Positions 23,995 to 35,023 of a stretch of DNA of 64,000 nt are shown one piece after another. Every line of letters starts with the position of its first letter. The first letter of the stretch is position 1. This stretch comes from Atractiella rhizophila (taxonomy: Eukaryota): NCBI GenBank assembly GCA_021432655.1, contig MU271188.1, positions 115,683-179,682 of the forward strand. The letters run 5' to 3'. The position numbers were made by a program, and so were the translations under genes. A model generated the notes under the pieces. It saw nothing but the letters and a program-made list of their open reading frames with translations, was not told the origin of the DNA and did no database searches.

Positions 23995-26844
23995 TTACTC
24001 CTGAGACTCTTCCTCCCACGCAGCATCGAATCCCAAAACAGAGCGATCCCAATCTCCCTCCTCTGCACCTTCTCTTACCCATCCCAAGGTAGACATGCAC
24101 ATCCCGGCGACTCGGACGAAGATGGACCCATCCATCACGTCCGTGCCATCTAGAGAGCAACGATACGCTCCCGCTGGCGTTGTACCCCACATACTGCGAT
24201 GTCGTTAGAAAATGTAGAGGGATACAGAGAGGGGGGTTAAAGCTAACCTATCTGCAAAAGCCAAACTCCGAATCGTCTTGGTCAAATGTTCATCGGGATG
24301 CTCAGCCTAGAGTCAAGGGAGAGGGCTGATTAGGTCCCCCATTATCTTTTCTGAAGAATGAATAACGCACGGCGCTGCAAAGAATGGCACCCCAGACATT
24401 CGTATGGTTCACCGATCCCGTCGTCTGACTTTCCGCCTTCGAGGGTTCCGGAGTAGAAGGTAAGGGAACGTTTTCTGGGGATGGAGCGAGTTCGGGATTC
24501 TGGTTCTGCTCCGCAATCTGTTTTTCCAGTTTCCTACGCACGGCCGTTTTGTCGCTTGGCGCCGTTGAGGAGGGAGGGAGGGGAGTGTCTGTAGCTGCCA
24601 TGACGGTTTCGCGAATCCAGAGTTTGGGTCGACCTCTGCTGACCCAATATGCCACCTGCACAAAACATTCAGGTCACGATGCTTCTTCAACTGTGGGGAC
24701 GGTAACACATACTAGTACTCTGAAGTGACTGGTAAGGACGTGAGGACGGAGGTGAGGGCTCAGGTTCTCCAAAAGGGAAGGAAGGAACAAGACACTTGTC
24801 AGCCCATGCATCCTACATCATCATCGTCAGAAGGCCACCTCTTCTCCAAATGACGGGTGAGGGAAAACAAACAAGAAGAAATCGAGCCTATACGGTTTCC
24901 CAGGTCGCGTACTGGCAGCCAACACGATAGTGGCCACCCAAAACAGCTCCTCGCACTTCTCGACAATCTCCTCCCACCCCCTCTCCGCATCGATGATCCA
25001 ATTCTCACAATACTCCCTAATCTCAGCCGCCCTATTGTTCAGCGCTTTATCCAATCTCGGGAAATCGTCAATCTTATTCGCCTGACCCGGTCCCAAGAGC
25101 GGATCGTTTTGTATGTGAGACAGAATGGTGAATGCGGAGAGACCATAGCGCGGGAGACGACTGGGAGATCGAGGCATTCGAAGAGAGGTTTGGACGAAGG
25201 AGACTTGAGGGACTGTAGGGGCGAAAGGGGGTTTGAAGGAGATCGAGTCCCGTGCTCTGGTGTGGGAAGGACGGGAGATGCTTCCGCTCGAGCTCTTTCT
25301 ATGCTTCGGAGGCGGAGGTTGTGGTGATCCAGTAGTCCCAGCAGACGTCTTCTCCCCACTCGCTCCGAGTTCCGTCATCTCCCTCTCTAGTTGTACTTCC
25401 TCACCCTTCTCCTTTTCTGATTGTTTCTCGGAACTGTTCTGTCGACCGGAACCATGGTGGAGGGATGCCGGGAAGCCTAGCTCGGAGATGTTGGAGAGAG
25501 GATTTGTGGCTGTTGGAGCAAAGGAGGATGTAATGGTCGAGGAAATTTTGGAAAAGATCCCTCCGCCAGTCGAGGCAGGGGGCCAGGTGGGAGGGAACAG
25601 TCTAGCCACCTGAGGATCGTGGACAGCAGCTTGAGCGAGGCCTGATATAGCCTCACGTTAGGATAAATGATGAGGGGATGAAAGTTGGATGACCTTCTGC
25701 GGTTATTGCGTCCAATCCAAATTCGACACCATATCCAAAGTGAATGAGGGGATGAATGGCCCCCGAAACAGACCTACATCATACGATTAAGTGTCACTTC
25801 AAATAAATAGTGAAAGAGTCACTTACCTGGCAAGCAACTGACCGGCGGAGTCGCTGAGGTATTTCTCCAAAACAGCAACAGCTCCATAGGTTGCGATCTG
25901 GGCTGTAAAAAAGGCGAGGAAGTTTGGGTAAAATCTACATTTCCGATTGAGCCCATAAACGGAACATGGTGAGGAGGGACTAACGTCTCGTCGCCGAGAA
26001 AATCTTTCCAGTTTTGTTCCGTCACTTCGATGGGTTGGAGGGGAAGCATCGCTTTCTATATTCTGTGTGAAGGAATGGCATGACGAAGAGAGGGAGGATG
26101 TACCATGATCGGTTCGTGTAAGTCGTATATATCCTGATCGGAATGATGGTCAATGTATATTCTACGAACAGAAATCATGATTGTAAGTTGTCTGGCAATC
26201 TTACCCATCGCTGAAACACGCGTGCTGCCGCAGTTTTGTGGAGGCCATGCTGGCGATGCTATGGTTCAATAACTCAAGCTCATTGTCTACGCTCTTTCGC
26301 TCCGAAAGATTGCAGCATTGGTCTAGCACTTGCAATACAGCTCGCGTGATTGGTCACCGTCACTATTTGGCACATGCAAATGGATCATGAAGAGAGAACA
26401 ATATGTTGGCTATACTCTGTTGAAACCAGATAAACAGGACGCGTATCACACCGTAGGGACGCGCAGGTGTTCACTCGATACAATCGCCCAAAACAAAACC
26501 ATGAACAGAACAAATAAAAGGACACTCACTTTGATAAGTTCCGCCTTAGCACCCATACTATAACTCGCAAGGATGTGATGTGCGGTGTGATTATGGAATC
26601 CCTCATCATTGAAGAAGATGTGAAACCTGATATGGTTCTCCTGCAACACGACGCGCGTCATCCCCGCACTCTCCCTGGAGCGTCCGGGGAGGAGAAGGAT
26701 GCCGGTGGAGGGGAGGGAGACCTGGCCGAAGAGGTCGAGTGGGTTGTGGTTCGCCTCGGAGTAGCTGGGATCGGGAGGAGACGGAGAGGGGGCGGGGGAG
26801 GTGCGTCGGTTGAGGGAGAGCGTGCGGGAGATGTTGGAGAGCAT
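23995..26844 (-). CDS. Questin oxidase / HypA (AflY)-like oxidoreductase
   Basis: ENHIRFHIFFNDEGFHNHTAHHILASYSMGA, RLDFFL^MH, YWVSRGRP and a C-terminal DGSIFVRVAG..LGWVREG..WDRSVLGFDAAW. Contains S/P-rich insertions. Confidence 0.8.
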
Positions 26845-27080
26845 CTTGGGTGGTGATGGTCAACCTGCGTGGGTTGGTTCGTTGTTGTGGGATACTGCTG
26901 ATGACGTCGGACGTGCTGCTCGTAGTTTAGCGTGAGTACATTAATATGGCGGTGACAATGCGGACTTTGTGCAGTAGCTCCCAGTGCTGCCCGTCTTCAG
27001 CTTTCCAATGGACTATACTTCCAGTCCTGGCTAAGCGAGTGTTATTATTGCTGGTCTTGGGTGACAGGTCGGACAGGGGC

Positions 27081-27092
27081 TTAGGGTTAGGG
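27081..27092. promoter_or_regulatory. Telomere-repeat-like box (TTAGGG)2 in a divergent promoter
   Basis: TTAGGGTTAGGG between the start codons at 26844 (-) and 27269 (+). Confidence 0.4.
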
Positions 27093-27268
27093 TGATAGAA
27101 GAAGATCGTTTCAAGTTTGACCACGCCGCATTGACGATCCTCTTTCCCTTCATCCGCCTACTACTTATCCCACCCTAATCGCTCTACCTTCCTCCCCTTT
27201 CCCAGCCACGGCCCCAGCTTTTTTCTCGCCAAGTTCCCATCCTCCGACGTCGTTTTCGGCCGACGCAG

Positions 27269-30200
27269 ATGCAGCAGTCTTACGAGCGGCAGGCCACCCT
27301 CGACAGGCAGTATTACCAGAGGGAGGCCACACAGGCGGCGCGGGAGCTCATGGAGGACTCGGACGGGGACGAATACGTCGACGGAGGGTTCGACAGGCGC
27401 CAGGTCTCGGCGCAGCATCAGCACCTCCAACACCAACAGCACCACCAACAGCATCATGGGCAGGGAGCGAATGCGGGCTTGCAGAACGGATACGGCGCGC
27501 ATGAGGTCGTGGACTCTTCGGACGATGGGGGGTTTTCGGACGACGATGAGCAGATTCAGGGCGCGCATGGGGGTGAGGGAAGTGGAGGTAGCTCGGATGA
27601 GACTGGGTCTACGGCTTCGTCCGTACCTAGCGCCAATATCGATTTCGACCTCGTTTATGCTCTCCATACTTTCCTCGCTACCGTCGATGGACAGGCGAAT
27701 GTGGTTAAGGGAGACCAACTCATGTTGTTGGACGACTCAAATTCTTATTGGTGGTTGGTCAGAGTGTTGAATACTCAAAAAGTGGGATATATACCGGCTG
27801 AGAACATCGAGACGCCTTTCGAGAGGCTGGCTAGGTTGAATAAGCACCGCAATGTCGATGTACGTCTTTCCTTTTCATCTTTTTAATGTCGATGTCTCGG
27901 TCAGAGTGGTGGTAATGAACGATGCATCGCTGTAGTTGACCGTGGCTACAAACGACGATCATGCGCGAGGAGCTAACTCGGCGAGAGCCATGACACGGTT
28001 CGGTTCTCGCATTCCTCCCTCACAACAACCACATCCGCACGTCTCCCAACATCCCACCCAAAAAGGAACCCAACAGGCCCTACCCTCTCCAACGCCGACC
28101 TCTCCCATGTTTTCTCGTAGAGCCTCCGCAATGATAGGCGGGAATGGGAAGCGGGTGATGTTTACGGACAAGACGTATTACGACCACAGTGGGAATGAGC
28201 TATCGTCGGAGGGAGAAGAAGGAGAAGAAGGGGAAATGTTTGAGGATGATGAAGAAGAGGACTACGGAGAGGACGGGAGCGAGGAAGGTGTGGCCATAGA
28301 GCATGTCCATGGCGCTTCTGGGACGAATGGGGTAGGACAAGGTCAAGGATTCGACGATGATTCGGCGGACGAGATGGACACAACAGGGGACGAGGGATCT
28401 CCCCGGCGCGCAAGACACACGTCCGTCGCCTCCTCGACCTCCACAGCTTCCTCGAACGCAACCGCCACGGCGGCCCATAAACATGGAGTGACGGTCTCGA
28501 TCCGCGAACCGACAGACGAGGAGATGTTCGACCCTCCCTCTCCTGAAAGGGAGCAAACCCCTCAACCGGGCAACACCAACTCCGTTCCACCGGCTCCGCC
28601 TCTCCTCAATCTCAAGGAGCACTACGCACGCGTCCACCGAACGTGGACACGCAGAGCGCGAATGGAATCCTCTCAAAGAACGTCATCATCGAAGAAAACA
28701 ACGATTCGCCGGCCGGCTCAGGACAGAAGGATCGCCCGACTTCATTCTCTGATACATTGGGAGACACACCCCGCAAAATCACCTTGACCCCAAAGATCGC
28801 GCGAGACTCGACCCTTCTTTCTGGCGACGCTTCTCCCGAACCCGCCCTCACGCCTTCTCCCTCTGCACCCGGATTCTCACCCAAAGGAAGGGAGTTTGGA
28901 CCTAACTCAGGGGCGGGTGCTGGGGCTGGACGACATGGTGGAGAGATGAATAGGGATAGTTGGGCAGAAGGCGCGAGCGCTGAGAGCCATTCTTCGTATG
29001 GAGCTGGAAATGGGGACGAGTTTAGGAGGAGCGTGAGTGCTGCTTCGAGCGTATCTAGCATGACCTCTTCTGGCGCTCACCAGCATGCACAACAGCAGGC
29101 CGGAGGAGCGAAGAAGTTGAGGAAGGCGAGCGCGGGGAGTCAGGTGAGCAATGTGTCGTCGAACGCGGGGAGCACGAGCGATGCTGCGAGCATCGGATCT
29201 GTGGAAGAAGGAGGAGGGGATGGGACGAAGAAGAAGAAGAGTTCGGGGATATTCAATAGCTTGTTTGGGAGGAAAGGCAAGAAGGATAAGAAGGCGGGAG
29301 GCGAAGAACGCGCGTCGGACGAGATTGTGAGGAGTGGAAGTCCGGCGGGCAGACAGTCGCCTTCGAATGCGAATGTCAATGTGGGAGGGAGGACGAGCCC
29401 GCAGAGACAGAGTGTGCAGCAGCAGAAGGATGGAAGCGCTTTCTTGGCGGATCAGGTGAGGCTGAGGCAGCAGGAGGAGGCGAGGGAAGCTCTGAGGAGA
29501 AACGCGGTCGGTCCTAATGCCGCTGTTCCTCCAGGAGCCGCAAGGAAGGAGGATATGAGGAAACCGGTATGCTTCCTTTCTCTGTACTTTGTTGTCCAGC
29601 ATGCTGATATGCATTGACAGCTCGAGATTAATGTTAACGGAGGGACGATGCGCGATAGCAAGACTCTCTCTCCAACGCGTTCAACTCCTCAACGACCTCT
29701 TCGTCCTGGCAGTCTCATTGGTTCTCCCGGCATGGAAGTGCCCACTCTCAACGTCCTCCGTGTCTTCGCTGGCGAAAATGTGGATTCCGAGGCCACATTT
29801 AAGACTGTTCTGCTGAACGAAACGACGACGGGGAGGGAGTTAGTGAAGCAGGCGATGCAGAGGTTCAGGATCTATGGAGCGAATACAAACATGGACGATT
29901 ACTTCCTCACCGTCAAAGAGCTGGGCGGAGACGAAATCCTCATCACTCCAGACCAGACTCCCCTTTCGATCTTCGAGAGTTTGAACGATACGAGCGGACC
30001 GAACGGAAGCCTCATCCTTCCGAGTGTCAAGAGGAGCTCGGTGGGATCGATCAGCTCCATTTCCTCCAACTTTTCTCTAAATCCTGCCATCACAAAGCTG
30101 GGGATGAACGATTTCTCGGACGATTCTGCGGTCAAATTCTATCTGAACAAGAAAAGGACGGAGGAAGATGGAGATGTCAGCGTAGACGACAGGTCGCTAG

Positions 30201-32218
30201 ATGTTCAAACTCCCACTCCTACAGCCCCCATCCCTGCATCTACAGCTATGTTGGAACGGGAAAGCTCGCTAAGTTCCACCGCTCGCTTCGCCATCCGTGT
30301 CATCATTCACAAGGAGGACCTGCCGGAAACCATGGTCTTCGACCCTGAGACGCAGGCAATCATACCCCGGGAGATCTTGGCGGAGCGGTCTCCAATGCGG
30401 ACGCGGCACGGCGAAGAGGACGAGTCGAGAGAAAAGATCATCATGTTCCCGAGGAATACCAACGTCAGTGAAGTCATTGAGACGAGCTTGGATAGGTTCG
30501 GTATTCAAGAGGGTGTGGTAGATGGAGGAGATGAAGTGGAGGACCGACCGAATAGGCATAGCGTTACAAGAGTGCGGTTCGCTCTTTCAATGAGCAAGGA
30601 TGGTTCGGGTATGTGACGCCCCGTTGATTTTTCAGAGTTGCACTGACGCAGGAATAGCAGAAACTGTTCTTATCCCCTCGCATAAACTCTTGGAATCCTA
30701 TTCCAAACCACCTCTCTTCCGCGCTCATGACCGTTCCTCGAAAGAATTCCGACGTCGTTCAGTGGATGCCAATCTCATCCTCGGAAGCCCTGCAGATATC
30801 CAAGACAGCGACCCAGTCTTCATTCTCCGTCGTGCTTCTCGCGGTCCGAAGAGACGCTCACCTCCCCCTGGAGGTTTCCGAGCTGAAGAAACCCAGTCCT
30901 CCAAGAGTGAAGAGCGACCATCACGGCCTGCAACGGATCAGTCAGTTTATGCCACCCCCATGGAGGAAGTCGGAGGCGGTAACGACCAGATCGAAACCTC
31001 CACTGCTGGCCTTTCCAGACAAGAAATCATCGCTGCTCAGCGTGCAGCATCCAGAGCAAATCAGCATGCCATGCTTAGCGCGCAAAGGAATTCGGAGAAA
31101 GGAGTAGATATCGTTGTGCCAGATCGAGGTACTATTCGCAGCTCTCGCCCAGACCCGAAGAGCAAAGTGCGGTATTCTTACATCGACGAAGATGGATCAG
31201 AACTTGACATCAGCCACATTGTCGAATCAGTCTGGAGTCCGACGGACGAGAATGGATCACAAACTCGACCGGAATATAAGGAGCGGCCACGGACTGTGGA
31301 TTCTATCGTTGAATCTGTCAATAGCTTCCAAAGCGCCCCCAGCTCTCCTGTCTCCGAAAAAGAACTTTCGCTGAAGACGAAACGGAGTCAGGAATATGAT
31401 GAAGAGGAGGACGCGATAGAAACCCTCAAGCGAGCGCCAGTTAGCGTTGATCCAGAAGATGGCAAGAAGCCTCCTCGTCCACGGCGAAAAGACGGAGATC
31501 TCCTCGAAGATGCGCTAGATAAACCTCGGGTAGGTGTAGATGCGAATCTGGAGCAAAGGATAGATAGAGTCCTCGCCAAAGTCAAGCAAGGCAAAGCACC
31601 ATCTTCTCCCCGAACTCGCTCGAGAACAGCTAGCAACAACTCGGATCGATCGACGCCGACACCGGTGAATGGACGGTCTTCTCCTGGACAGCAAGGAAAG
31701 ACAAATGGCGCCGTCTCTCCGTCCAACCGTTTACGAGCGGTGGAAGAGCCTCTGGCCCGCCAAATTGTCAAGTCGCGCTCCCAGCACTCTCGCCAAAACT
31801 CGGTCTCTTCAGATCGATCGGCTATCAGCCCTACTCCAAGCACTCCTCTTACCACCACAACAAGCTTCACCTCTCCGGATATGCGCAACACCAGCAGCAT
31901 GTCGCAGCGTCCTAATGTCGTCTATCGAGAAGATAACAACTTGAAGGTTATGCTGGATCTTATACAGGCGGAAGCAGGTCCTCCGAGGGTAGTTCAACAG
32001 CCTGCGCCGCCGGTGGGAGCGGAAATACTCTTCGGACGCAGCTTGGAGAGCACTGGTGTTTCGCAGGAGACACGGCAAATGTTACAGGGAGTCTCCAATA
32101 CTCTCGACGAGTTGAATGCTGTATGTTCAGACTTGCTTGTCCCTTTCCCACCTTACTGACGGTCTTGTCACAGCGGATGGACGCTATCCTCTTACGCGCA
32201 CTTAGATTGCCATCATAA
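27269..32218 (+). CDS. Tea4/Wsh3/Bud14-like cell-polarity protein (SH3 + Ras-association-like domains; PP1 regulator), with an apparent frameshift near 28570
   Basis: SH3 domain IDFDLVYALHTFLATVDGQANVVKGD..LLDDSNSYWWLVR..GYIPAENIETPFERLARLNKHRNVD; an RVxF-like KRVMF; RA-like LRVFAGENVDSEATFKTVLL..AMQRF; DFSDDSAVKFYLN. Confidence 0.85.
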
Positions 32219-32769
32219 CTGCCTGCCAATGCGACGTTTCATTCCTTGTACCGAATTTCCTTTTTTTTGGGATGCATGAAGGGTTGAGCTGTGATTGGTT
32301 CAGTTTCATAGTCACTGTCGCGTTCATCCATCAAGATATCTGCACTTCTTTTTCGGTATTAATACCGCTTGATTCTTCGTCAGGCACGCTAGAGTCGTGA
32401 GACTTTCGTCTTTCTTGGTTATACATTACTCCACTGTTTACTGTTTTGGCAAAAAAAAGTCTCACCAGAGGACTTCATTAGGAGGCAAGCGTTGTAATCT
32501 TATTGGCCATTTTATCGTCTCTCTCTTCTCTCCCTTTGCTCTTTCTCATGCTTGTTTGGTGTTGGGCAGTTTCGTTCTCTCGTTGTGATTCACATCATAT
32601 TCCTTTGTCGTCCACTTAGTTCTTATTGATCTGACTTTTCGTGCTTTCAGTTCCGTATGTAGGCGAGATACCATTCCTCCTCCATCGCACTTAATGACAA
32701 GCAAGCGATAATAAACATACATGCTGACAATGCCCCCGTTGCCTAAGAATCTGGTATCCTCACTTTAAG

Positions 32770-34803
32770 CTATGCCTCTTTCGACTTTCTCGCCTTCTTT
32801 GGCTGAACTCGCTGCGTCAGCTTTATCTGCCTGGCTGAAAAACAAACGCACCGTTTTTGTCGAAGTGGACTCTTTCAGCTCATTCCCCGCCGTGCTAGCT
32901 CTCCGCTTCTTTGTCTTCCCCTCTTTCGTCGCTCCGTCCTCAGCAGCAGCACTCTTCCGCCTCTTGTTCTTCGGCTCCTCTGCTCCTGCCGCTTCTTCAT
33001 TGGCTGCTGGTGCAAGCTCCGCCGTTGTCGAAGCTGGAGCGGCAGCCACAGGTTCATCCTTCTTCTTCCCTTCTTCGTCTGCTTCTTCTTCTTTCCATCC
33101 ACTGCGGTAGCTTCAGCCTCGGGTGCCGGTTCGACATCCACGGGTGCTTCTGCCGAAGGATTGACAACATCTGATTTCTGTTTCTTCTTTTCCGAGCCTT
33201 CTGCCTCTTCATCTACACCCTCAAGTCTCCTTTTTGCCGGACTCATCGCTCTACTCCTCGTCACAGGTCCTGCCCACTCCTTCTCTTCCTCTGGTTCCTC
33301 GACCAAAGCTTCACCAGGCTTGTAGCCATCAAAGGTGTACTCTATCCCTTGGGCAGCTAGGTCCGCTCGCTTCTTCTCCTGTCGATCGAGCAGACGCTTC
33401 GAAATCCCTCGTTTCTTAGCTAATGACTTTTTCTGCACCGATTGATCAAATTAGAACCAGGGCATACAAGAAGGGTAAAGGAAGACGAACAGCATTATGT
33501 CTCGCCGCGACCTCATATGCTTTCGTGACTCTAAACTTCCTCGTTCCTTTCCACAGATCCGGATGCACGTCCTCCTTTGGGACCATCTTGCACTGAAGCA
33601 GATGACCACAAAGGAGGTAGTTGTCCATCGTCTCCGCCGCTATCTCTGCCACTCCCGACGATGCAAACTCAAGGAAAGCATAGTGTTTCGATGACCCTGT
33701 CCTCTTGTTTCGCGATACCCGAACACGCAGAACCTTGCCGAATTGGTTGAAGTATTCTTTGAGCGCGCCTTCTTCGAATCCGCGTGGGAGACGACCAATG
33801 TATATTACACCACGTTGATGTGCCTATCCAGCCGCAACTCCAAGTCAGTTTCTGTTTCTTTGTCATGAGTCACGAAGTGGAGAAAGGAAGGAAGGTTGGG
33901 ATGTCAAAAGCTTTTAGGGAACACTCCTCGTAAGTACGAAAGGGGCATTGAAACAGGTCTTTTAGAATATTCTTCCCTCCCGTTTCCCCTCCACCTTTTG
34001 TAGGTTAGCAAAAAGGTGGAGTGAATTGGAAGGGGTCATGTCTCGTCCTTGCGGAACGCCTACCCAAGTCATCGATCTGGCAGCGGGATCAATAGGTCAA
34101 GTCAACAAGAGCAATCAAAACGACACATTTTCAGGAACGCGTTAAAGCGATTCTCTTCGTGGCACGCAATACGAAGTGTCCGTCAGATAATAAAAACACA
34201 CACCTTCTTAGCCCTATCTTTCTCCAATGCAATCCTAACCTTGGGATTCTTAGTCAACTCTCCTAAACTCTCAACACCTCCAAATTTCTCAGCACCTTCC
34301 TCATCCTCCTCATCGCTACTATCTTCTCTGTCGCTGACACTCGGACTCTCAAATCCAGCCTTAAAATTCAACTCTCCTTCATGTCCATCGAGCGGTATCA
34401 CCTGATTCGAGCTCGAGGAGATCCAACTGTGGGCAGGAAAGGGGTTCCTCGAATCGTGTTTCTTCACCAAGCTAGGCTTCACTGGTGCTTTCGTCTCCTT
34501 CGACGCTGGAATGGTCGCTACATCGACCTTGCCCCTCTTCTGAGCTTTAGCGACAGCGTCGATCCCCTCTTTCTCAGCTGGTGGTGGTTCAACGATCTTT
34601 ATCTTCCTTGGCCGGGAAGCATCATACGTTGTATCGTCATCTGAGTTGTAGACCAGGACAGTCGATGTTTCCGAATCGACACTGGACTCCGATACTTTCC
34701 CATTCCCATTCGTATTTTTTTTCTTCGGCGCGGGAGCTTTGGAGGGACCTGAAGAGCTCGCTTTTCTTGGAGATTTGCGCGTAGCTGTCAAAGCCGTGAC
34801 CAT
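32770..34803 (-). CDS. NOP15: Nop15/MKI67IP (NIFK)-like nucleolar RRM protein for 60S biogenesis, with an apparent frameshift near 33093
   Basis: RGVIYIGRLPRGFEE..YFNQFGKVLRVRVSRNKRTGSSKHYAFLEF..AEIAAETMDNYLLCGHLLQCKMVPKEDVHPDLWKG and LAAQGIEYTF. Confidence 0.9.
33899..34037 (-). ncRNA. Putative box H/ACA snoRNA in the 380-nt NOP15 intron (33824-34203)
   Basis: Hairpin 1 has a perfect 11-bp upper stem (33989-33999/34011-34021), an internal loop and a basal stem. H box AGAATA (33968-33973) lies 15 nt from the upper stem. Hairpin 2 (AAAAG/CTTTT base) is followed by ACA (33902-33904). Total length about 140 nt. Confidence 0.55.
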
Positions 34804-34987
34804 GGCGCACGAGCTGATGAGGAAAAGGGCGACAAAAGGTGATAAGGGTTGGTGGAAAATCGAAATTTTTGGTGAGGGAACGAACCCTAACTACTCGATC
34901 ACCGATGGGAACCGAGTAGGGTCGCGTCACGGAACCAAAAAGTCACTAAAGCGTGTAGCAACGTTTGACAGGCACATTTGTTGCAGG

Positions 34988-34994
34988 TATAAAA
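34988..34994 (+). promoter_or_regulatory. TATA box
   Basis: TATAAAA about 30 nt upstream of the ATG at 35024. Confidence 0.55.
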
Positions 34995-35023
34995 GGCAGC
35001 TGCCCTCCTGCTTCTTCCCCAAA

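Noticed and set aside
23735..24004. 89-aa ORF with CxxC
   Set aside because: It runs into the 3' end of the convergent questin-oxidase-like gene and shows no recognisable family.
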